Positions 1 to 5,141 of a stretch of 5,158 nt of DNA are shown piece by piece. The number at the start of each line of letters is the position of its first letter. The stretch's first letter is position 1. The notes under the pieces were generated by a model. The model was not told where the DNA came from. It made no database searches and saw only the letters and a list, made by a program, of their open reading frames with translations. Position numbers and translations under genes: made by a program. Where the stretch lies: assembly GCA_002779075.1 (NCBI GenBank), contig PEXK01000028.1:1-5158 (forward strand). The letters run 5' to 3'. The DNA comes from Candidatus Diapherotrites archaeon CG08_land_8_20_14_0_20_30_16 (GTDB lineage: Archaea > Iainarchaeota > Iainarchaeia > Iainarchaeales > 0-14-0-20-30-16).

Positions 1-1
1 T

Positions 2-73
2 TTTGAAAACAAATACAACAAAAATATTTTGAAAGATTTAGAAAAGATTGTTGAGAAATTAGTTAAAAAATAA
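2..73 (+). CDS. 3' end of an upstream CDS (partial, runs off the left edge); product unknown
   Basis: Frame 2 is open from the window edge and reads FENKYNKNILKDLEKIVEKLVKK, then TAA at 71-73. The tail is K/E-rich and helix-like. It converges on the 76..1380 gene with only 2 nt between the two stop codons. It is too short to judge coding potential. Confidence 0.3.
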   Translation, partial: FENKYNKNILKDLEKIVEKLVKK

Positions 74-75
74 AA

Positions 76-1380
76 TTAAGTATATAATTGTCTAACTTGA
101 GCATCATCTATCAATCTATTTTTTATAAGATAATTTAAATCCAAAGTAATTAATTTAGTTTTTAACATATTAATACCTATTGGTCTACCAGAAGCATCTT
201 GTAATGTACTTAATTCAACAACGGGAATTCCAATATCTGTGGTCATCATTTCATTTATCATATCATTTGGTAAATTAACTTTTAAGAATATTTTATTACC
301 TAATTGTAAAACAGAATATGTTCTTCCATTAAGAGAAACAAATTGCCTATTTCTTTGTATTGAATTTATTGCTTGAATAACAAGCTCTTTAGATAAAAAA
401 GGACCTTCAAAAAAATCTTGAACAAAAACAAAATAAAATGCTCTATGTAATTCTTCTCTTGTTTTGGGTTCGTCAGGTAATTTTAATGTTTGTTTTAATG
501 TCTCTAATCCTTTTCTAGTCATAGAATCAAAATATGTTTTTCGTCTATCCCATAATTCTTCTTTTGAAAAACCCAATCTTTCAACAGCTTCTATTCTTCT
601 TAATACTAATCGTCTTTGTTTTTCAGTTAATCTTGGATTTGTATTAACATATTGTCTTAATTTATCTAAATTCAATCGTGGTATCAGGTCATAAAATATT
701 ACTTTCCCATTCTTCATTCCAAAATTAACTTCTGGGTGTTGAATATCAAAACCAGCAGCTTCTATTTCTTTTTCAACTGCATAAATCTCAGAAAATCTTC
801 TTCCAATTAATGGATCAGATTCTAATCTTAATCTAACTAATTCCTGGCCTAATCTTTGTCTTTCTTCAAAACTAGCAGTTAACATTTTATCTTGAATTAC
901 TTTTAATCTAGCATAAAATTTTTGTTTTAAATCTTTTAATGCTTGGGGTTCATCTACCTTTTCCATATATAATTCTGGCATTACTTCGTCAGGATCTAAT
1001 TTATTTAAATCACGATCTATTTTTCTAAAATCTCCTTGTGGGAATCTAATCATAGGCATTTTAACACAATGATCTGGAAATAAAATACTTGCAATACTAT
1101 GTACTTCTTTTTGTAATTTTACTTTCCTAACAGAATCTAATTCTCTTGCTTCTGCTAACCAAGTATTAAAATAAATTCTAGGTCTAAATAAACCATTAGA
1201 ATAAATAATTTTTACAATTTGTCCTCGTTTTTTACCAAAGGGGGTATTTATTTTTCTTTTTCCTTTTGGGTCAGAATCTACAAAAGATCTAACTTCTCCT
1301 TGTTCCCCTCTATTCAAATACACTGAACGTTTTCTAATATTTAATGTACTTATTGGTTTCCGGGATAAAGGCTCGGGCAA
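76..1380 (-). CDS. Hypothetical 434-aa protein, possibly a divergent protein-kinase-like (RIO/APH-like) fold with a ~200-aa C-terminal extension; function unassigned
   Basis: This is a long uninterrupted ORF in a stop-rich AT genome. The start is TTG at 1380-1378, 4 nt after the tbp TGA stop. AGTGA spans that stop and acts as an SD, matching the GGTGA-4nt-ATG geometry at 2023-2034. The first in-frame ATG is only at codon 108, so a non-ATG start is required. Ordered motifs are NRGEQGEV (aa 23-30), IVKII (55-59), E92..LFPDHCV, ELYMEKVD (136-143), and AAGFDIQHPEVN...GKVIFYDL (208-232). The confidence value applies to the CDS call; the fold assignment is weak. Confidence 0.8.
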   Translation of the reverse strand: MPEPLSRKPISTLNIRKRSVYLNRGEQGEVRSFVDSDPKGKRKINTPFGKKRGQIVKIIYSNGLFRPRIYFNTWLAEARELDSVRKVKLQKEVHSIASILFPDHCVKMPMIRFPQGDFRKIDRDLNKLDPDEVMPELYMEKVDEPQALKDLKQKFYARLKVIQDKMLTASFEERQRLGQELVRLRLESDPLIGRRFSEIYAVEKEIEAAGFDIQHPEVNFGMKNGKVIFYDLIPRLNLDKLRQYVNTNPRLTEKQRRLVLRRIEAVERLGFSKEELWDRRKTYFDSMTRKGLETLKQTLKLPDEPKTREELHRAFYFVFVQDFFEGPFLSKELVIQAINSIQRNRQFVSLNGRTYSVLQLGNKIFLKVNLPNDMINEMMTTDIGIPVVELSTLQDASGRPIGINMLKTKLITLDLNYLIKNRLIDDAQVRQLYT

Positions 1381-1384
1381 GATC

Positions 1385-1951
1385 TCACTTTAACAACTTC
1401 TTTATTCTTGCTATTGAATCAACTATTTCTTGTTCTGACTTTGCACCTGCACAAATCATTTTACCGTTTTTGAAAAGCAATAAACTGATTTTTGGATTAT
1501 ACAAACGAACTATAGCTCCAGGAAATTGCTCAGGCTCGTATTCAACATTATCTAACTTTGTTGCTAAATTAAAAAGATCAACTTTCAAATCTAATTGGGC
1601 ATTAGCAACTAAATTAACTATTTTGTATTGAGGATTTGTTGGAATTTTTATATCTGGAGTAATATCTTTCAAAAGCTTGCATGTGTTTATAATTCCTTTT
1701 GGAATATCACTTTCTTTTTGTGCCCCTGCACAATTGATTTTACCATTTTTAAATAAAGTAATAGTCATTTTAGGTTCAGATAAACGCATTATTGCACCAG
1801 GAAACTGTTCAGGTTCATATTCAACACTGGGAATAGAAACAGCAATATTAAACAAATCCAAATTAGCACCTAAATTGCTTACAGCAACTAGATTCACAAT
1901 AGTATATTCTTTTTTCTCCAAGAAAACCACCACCAAGACCAAGAGAAACAT
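1385..1951 (-). CDS. tbp: TATA-box-binding protein (archaeal TBP, transcription factor D)
   Basis: There are two tandem TBP repeats (aa 16-95 and 109-188). Each carries the signature IVNLVA...LDL...VEYEPEQFPGAI.RL..PK....LFKNGK..CAGAK/Q. The four DNA-kinking Phe positions are retained (F50, F67, F143, F160). The protein ends just after helix H2' with no acidic tail; the stop is TGA at 1385-1387. The first 10 codons (MFLLVLVVVF) are not TBP-like. The real start may be TTG at 1921-1919, preceded by GGTGG and 5 nt, or GTG at 1933 or 1930. Confidence 0.95.
   Translation of the reverse strand: MFLLVLVVVFLEKKEYTIVNLVAVSNLGANLDLFNIAVSIPSVEYEPEQFPGAIMRLSEPKMTITLFKNGKINCAGAQKESDIPKGIINTCKLLKDITPDIKIPTNPQYKIVNLVANAQLDLKVDLFNLATKLDNVEYEPEQFPGAIVRLYNPKISLLLFKNGKMICAGAKSEQEIVDSIARIKKLLK
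1388..1906 (-). repeat. Intragenic tandem duplication forming the TBP pseudo-dyad (repeat 1 = 1667..1906, repeat 2 = 1388..1627)
   Basis: The repeat period is 93 aa. The core is also visible at nucleotide level: 1515-1549 versus 1794-1828 (gc[t/a]ccaggaaa[t/c]tg[c/t]tcagg[c/t]tc[g/a]tattcaaca[t/c]t), with differences mostly at third-codon positions. This same repeat explains the shared APGNCSGSYSTL in the two antisense shadow ORFs. Confidence 0.9.
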
Positions 1952-1995
1952 TTATATATGAGGAATATATGAATAATATCAGAAACATTTATAAA
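1944..1995. promoter_or_regulatory. Divergent promoter region with two copies of a BRE/TATA-like module (AGAAACATTTATA)
   Basis: An exact 13-nt direct repeat lies at 1944-1956 and 1981-1993. Each copy is a purine-rich BRE-like AGAAAC followed by a TATA-like box: TTTATATA at 1951-1958 and the palindromic TTTATAAA at 1988-1995. The second copy sits about 26 nt upstream of a predicted TSS near 2018, just before the GGTGA SD (2023-2027) and the ATG at 2032. Read on the minus strand, the first copy is TATATAAA, about 26-30 nt upstream of the alternative tbp starts. These assignments are positional inference only. Confidence 0.45.
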
Positions 1996-2031
1996 CAAAC
2001 CTATATTATAATATAATTACTGGGTGATTGA

Positions 2032-2952
2032 ATGTTTGAGGGAAATCAGGATGTTGGAAGTGCTCCATTGCCAGACATGGGTGGAGATTTTGGTGAAAGA
2101 AAGAGTATTTTTCAGAAGATTTTTTCAAAAAGTGAAACAGCGATTCCTATTATTTTGATTGTTATTTTGCTTGTTATTCTTGTTTTGGCTTTCAGTGGTT
2201 GGGATTATTCAACAATTCCAGTTATCGGGCCTGGATTGCAAAGCATATTTGGTGCTAAGCAATATAACGTATTAGTTATAGGGCAACCTAAACCAGTAAC
2301 TGTTAACAACATTATGGGATCACCAGACTTCACAAAAAAATATAAGTTTACTTATCGTGAAGAGTATTTATTAGATAAATACCCAGAAAATCAACTGAAA
2401 CCCTATGATTTTATAATTTTAGATCAATCAGAAGCTAGTTCAAAAATGGGTTTTGTTAAAGCAATTCCCTATCAACTAAGCAAAGCCTTGGAAAGTAGCG
2501 TAGCTTCTGGTAAAAGTCTAGTTATTATAGGCAACTCTGGACATGTAGTTGCTGGAAATCCAGATACATATGGCTGGCAAGAAATATTCGGAACAATGGT
2601 GCCTGTTGATTGTATTCAAAATATAAGTTTAGAATCACCTTGTGAAGTACCTAGTCCGGTTGTGGGTATTTTAGAGAACTCGCATATAAGCAAAGTCTTA
2701 TATGGTATTGAACAAATACCTGATTTAGCATATACAGCACAAGGAGTTCCAGGATTGAATTTAACTACTTATAATGTAAATATAGCAAGTGGCGAAGAAT
2801 GGATGTGGATTAAAGATCTAAAAACAAATAAACAATATCCTGGAATAGTAGTAAACAAAGGATTACTTGGTGGGAAAGTAGTATATATCTCATTTGAAGA
2901 ATGGGGTTTAATACCAGGTGTAATCCACAGAATATTTGAATATATCCAATAA
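2032..2952 (+). CDS. Single-pass (N-in) membrane protein with an extracytoplasmic alpha/beta domain resembling the class I glutamine-amidotransferase-like fold (ThuA/DUF4159-type, non-catalytic)
   Basis: GGTGA at 2023-2027 lies 4 nt before the ATG. A K/R-rich N-terminus is followed by a TM helix, AIPIILIVILLVILVLAFSGW (aa 37-57, nt 2140-2202). The strand/helix pattern is YNVLVIG ... YDFIILDQSE ... LSKALESSVASGKSLVIIGNSGH ... GWQEIFGTMVPVD ... GGKVVYISFE. This mirrors the yDvvil-x-l..fv..GGgLvviG-x-LPV layout of that superfamily. No nucleophile-elbow Cys triad is evident. The domain call comes from pattern memory, not a search. Confidence 0.85.
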   Translation: MFEGNQDVGSAPLPDMGGDFGERKSIFQKIFSKSETAIPIILIVILLVILVLAFSGWDYSTIPVIGPGLQSIFGAKQYNVLVIGQPKPVTVNNIMGSPDFTKKYKFTYREEYLLDKYPENQLKPYDFIILDQSEASSKMGFVKAIPYQLSKALESSVASGKSLVIIGNSGHVVAGNPDTYGWQEIFGTMVPVDCIQNISLESPCEVPSPVVGILENSHISKVLYGIEQIPDLAYTAQGVPGLNLTTYNVNIASGEEWMWIKDLKTNKQYPGIVVNKGLLGGKVVYISFEEWGLIPGVIHRIFEYIQ

Positions 2953-2962
2953 ACCAATTTAC

Positions 2963-2998
2963 AAGTAGGTAAATCCTACTTTCTTTTTCTATTTTTCA
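2963..2998 (+). terminator. Hairpin plus oligo-T transcription terminator downstream of the 2032..2952 gene
   Basis: A perfect 7-bp stem, AAGTAGG (2963-2969) pairing with CCTACTT (2975-2981), encloses a TAAAT loop. It begins 11 nt after the TAA stop. It is followed directly by TTCTTTTTCTATTTTTC, with T5 runs at 2984-2988 and 2992-2996. Oligo-T tracts are the archaeal RNAP termination signal. Confidence 0.55.
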
Positions 2999-3008
2999 TT
3001 ACTTTAAG

Positions 3009-3036
3009 TATATAAATCTTTAGGTAATATATATAA
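3009..3036 (+). promoter_or_regulatory. Candidate TATA boxes for the 3079/3401 two-gene unit
   Basis: TATATAAA lies at 3009-3016 and TATATATAA at 3028-3036. The second box places a TSS near 3058-3062, just upstream of the GGGGTG SD (3065-3070) and the ATG at 3079. TATA-like strings are common by chance in AT-rich DNA. Confidence 0.4.
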
Positions 3037-3078
3037 CATTATAATTAATTGTTAAACATTTAAAGGGGTGTTATTTGA

Positions 3079-3393
3079 ATGGGTAAAAAAGAGATTGAAG
3101 AAATGATTTTAAAATGTCAAAGAAGTGGCGCTTTGGACAAAGCTCGTTGGCTTCAGACAATAGATCAGAAAGTTCCGCCTTCTTTCAAAAAAAGAATACA
3201 AGATAATGATAAAAGCATATACAGAGAACTTATCCTGCCAACATGGGTTACATGGGACTTCTTAAGAGATTGGGCATTGGATGATGCAGAACAAGTTAAA
3301 TGTAATGCTTGTGGTCAAGTTACTGAGGGATTTACAAATTACAAAAGTATAACATTATGCACTGAATGCTTGGAAAATTTAAGAAAAATGTAG
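3079..3393 (+). CDS. Small (104-aa) protein with a C-terminal CxxC-x15-CxxC zinc ribbon; function unknown
   Basis: GGGGTG at 3065-3070 precedes the ATG. A helical, charged N-terminal part is followed by CNAC (3301-3312) and CTEC (3358-3369), 15 residues apart. The TAG stop at 3391-3393 is only 7 nt before the next ATG, indicating an operon. Confidence 0.8.
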   Translation: MGKKEIEEMILKCQRSGALDKARWLQTIDQKVPPSFKKRIQDNDKSIYRELILPTWVTWDFLRDWALDDAEQVKCNACGQVTEGFTNYKSITLCTECLENLRKM

Positions 3394-3400
3394 GTCTTTT

Positions 3401-5053
3401 ATGTTATCTAAATTTTTCTCTTTTTTTTTATTTTCTTTTGTTCTGGTATCTCTATGTTTATTTGTAGATGCAAATCAGATAAAATATGAAATAAGCACAC
3501 AGAATCCACAAACCCCCCCGTATTACTTTGGGACAACAATAACTGATTTAAAAATCTCTTTCTTAGACACTGACAATAACGTACTTGCACAAAATATAGT
3601 TAATCTAGAAATTAAAGTGGGGGCAAAGAGATTCTTTTTGCTTAAAGAAAAGGATAACACTTATCATCTGAAGAATCAGCAAATAACTGAAGATTTAATT
3701 AATGAAACAAAATTAATTGTTAATATAATTACACCATTAGAAGGCTCTTTCACAAACATAAAACAAACTTACAACATAGATTCTATTGACAATATAATTT
3801 CTTTGAAAACAGATCCAAAAGAGAATTATAAAAATCTAACTATTGGCCAAACTATTGATTTGAAATTAGAATTCGAGGATTTAAAAAATCAAGGAATAAA
3901 AAATTTGAAATGCTATTTAAATAGCTTTGGCAGTAAAGAAAAATTTGATTGCACAAAAAAAGATATCTGCAATTATAAATTAACAATCACACTAGACACT
4001 AATACTATCCCAATTTATTGTCTATTCGATAAAACAACAAGCAAAGGTACCAAAATCTACCCCTTAAATGTATTAATTTTACCTAACATATCTGAAGGAA
4101 TAAAAATAGGAGAAATAACAAATCCTAAAGACAGAGTTATAGGCAATCCTTTTGAAATCTGTTTTACTGTGCTTTATCAAAGCAACACACTGGTGAAAGA
4201 AGTAGGGCTATTTAAGATCTTTGAAGGAGAAGAAGAAATAGAATACTATAAAAGAGATAATGATTTTTGTTTTTCACAATTTTTAATTCCTTACACAACT
4301 TTGCAAAAAGAAATTAGTTTTGAATTTTTAGGAAAAAAATATCTCTCAAAAATAAATCAAGATTTGAAACCAGGAACTTATTGGACTATTTTTCTTATTG
4401 TTATTGGAATACTAATCTTGATTAATTTACTACTCATAATCAAGGCTGTTTTTTCAAAAGACAGCATTGAAGATTTAACTCTGCAAAGAGATAATTATAA
4501 GAACAAATTAAAAGAAATAAAAGAGAAATATCTGCAAGGAGAAATTGAGAAAAAAGAGTTTGATTCTAAATTAAATGAATACAGCATAAAAATATCCTTT
4601 TTGAATGAAAGATTGTTGCATATGAAAAAACATCAACCAAATCTGTACAGTTCTTCTTTGAGCAAAGAAGAATCAAGAAATGAAGAAGAGGGGAGAAAAC
4701 CAAGAAAAGCATCAAAAGAATTAATGGAAGCTATTTTCACAGAAAACAAAGAAGATAAAATAAAAGCAAATGAAGAAGATCTTTTTGTTGATGAAACACT
4801 TATTAGCGATGAAAGCATCAAAAAATTGAGTAAAGAATTGTCAGAGAGTTCAATAATATCTGATAAATCAAAAGAAGAGAACAAGTTTGCTGCTTTTTTC
4901 AAAAATCTGAAAAATCTCTTTAAGAAAAAAACTAAAGAGACAACAGATATTCAAAAAGAAACAAATGAAGAACAAGAACCAGAGGAAGCAAAAGAAACCT
5001 TCCAAGGTTACAGTACAGAAGATGAATACGACATCAGAAAATGGCAAAAATAA
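3401..5053 (+). CDS. Type I membrane/surface protein: signal peptide, ~300-aa beta-rich ectodomain, one TM helix, ~200-aa K/E/S-rich coiled-coil-like cytoplasmic tail with a SHOCT-like motif
   Basis: The signal peptide is MLSKFFSFFLFSFVLVSLCLFVDA|NQ (nt 3401-3472), with a V-D-A cleavage-type site. The ectodomain has alternating-polarity strands, 3 N-x-S/T sequons (NET, NLT, NIS) and several Cys. The TM helix is YWTIFLIVIGILILINLLLIIKAVF (aa 327-351, nt 4379-4453). The tail includes LKEIKEKYLQGEIEKKEFDSKLNEY (nt 4508-4582), which resembles the SHOCT consensus L..L..l...G.It.eEF..kk..l. The stop is TAA at 5051-5053. Confidence 0.9.
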   Translation: MLSKFFSFFLFSFVLVSLCLFVDANQIKYEISTQNPQTPPYYFGTTITDLKISFLDTDNNVLAQNIVNLEIKVGAKRFFLLKEKDNTYHLKNQQITEDLINETKLIVNIITPLEGSFTNIKQTYNIDSIDNIISLKTDPKENYKNLTIGQTIDLKLEFEDLKNQGIKNLKCYLNSFGSKEKFDCTKKDICNYKLTITLDTNTIPIYCLFDKTTSKGTKIYPLNVLILPNISEGIKIGEITNPKDRVIGNPFEICFTVLYQSNTLVKEVGLFKIFEGEEEIEYYKRDNDFCFSQFLIPYTTLQKEISFEFLGKKYLSKINQDLKPGTYWTIFLIVIGILILINLLLIIKAVFSKDSIEDLTLQRDNYKNKLKEIKEKYLQGEIEKKEFDSKLNEYSIKISFLNERLLHMKKHQPNLYSSSLSKEESRNEEEGRKPRKASKELMEAIFTENKEDKIKANEEDLFVDETLISDESIKKLSKELSESSIISDKSKEENKFAAFFKNLKNLFKKKTKETTDIQKETNEEQEPEEAKETFQGYSTEDEYDIRKWQK

Positions 5054-5082
5054 ATATTTAAATGTTTTAGGAGATATATTAT

Positions 5083-5106
5083 ATGGCATTCAAATGGCTT
5101 TTGTAA
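5083..5106 (+). CDS. Possible 7-codon upstream mini-ORF (MAFKWLL*), or the truncated remnant of a duplicated gene start
   Basis: AGGAG at 5069-5073 lies 9 nt before the ATG. The ORF reads ATG GCA TTC AAA TGG CTT TTG TAA. Its first 5 codons, plus 2 nt of the sixth, are identical to the following start at 5142. There is no evidence of translation. Confidence 0.2.
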   Translation: MAFKWLL

Positions 5107-5141
5107 AAAAGAGCTTTGAATGACTTAGGAGTGTAACGAAG

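Noticed and set aside
464-694. 76-aa plus-strand ORF inside the 76..1380 gene
   Set aside because: It is entirely antisense to a much longer ORF, has no SD or promoter context, and has a Ser/Asn/Leu/Phe-rich composition typical of a shadow frame in AT-rich DNA.
1385-1387. Possible UGA recoding, as in some small-genome uncultivated lineages
   Set aside because: TGA falls exactly where TBP should end, just after helix H2' of repeat 2. It is followed 4 nt later by a new ORF in a different frame. All other ORFs close with TAA or TAG at sensible lengths, so the standard code fits.
1344-1961. Two plus-strand ORFs (1344..1631 and 1677..1961) that share the peptide APGNCSGSYSTL and look like a paralogous pair
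   Set aside because: Both lie antisense to tbp. The shared peptide is simply the reverse-complement reading of the duplicated VEYEPEQFPGA block. Their sequences are low-complexity and have no independent start context, so they are shadow ORFs.
3446-3460. Possible lipoprotein lipobox at Cys19 of the 550-aa protein (LVSLC)
   Set aside because: Leu at position -1 does not fit the [LVI][ASTVI][GAS]C lipobox. A signal-peptidase-I-type V-D-A site follows five residues later, so an ordinary cleaved signal peptide is more likely.
4455-5050. A-rich, low-complexity nucleotide stretch that could be a tandem repeat or satellite
   Set aside because: I could find no consistent repeat period. The bias is explained by in-frame AAA/GAA/AAG codons of a K/E-rich cytoplasmic tail.
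2769-5089. Minus-strand ORFs 2769..2957, 3408..3590, 4633..4902 and 4868..5089
   Set aside because: Each is nested antisense within a longer, better-supported plus-strand CDS. The 4633..5089 pair is the complement of the A-rich K/E tail, giving F/L/S-rich nonsense. None has a convincing start context.
5097-5114. Possible terminator hairpin after the mini-ORF (GCTTTT-GTAA-AAAAGAGC)
   Set aside because: The stem is only about 5 bp of near-pure A/T pairing (one terminal C-G), with a bulge needed to extend it, and no following T-run. It is not distinguishable from chance in this composition.
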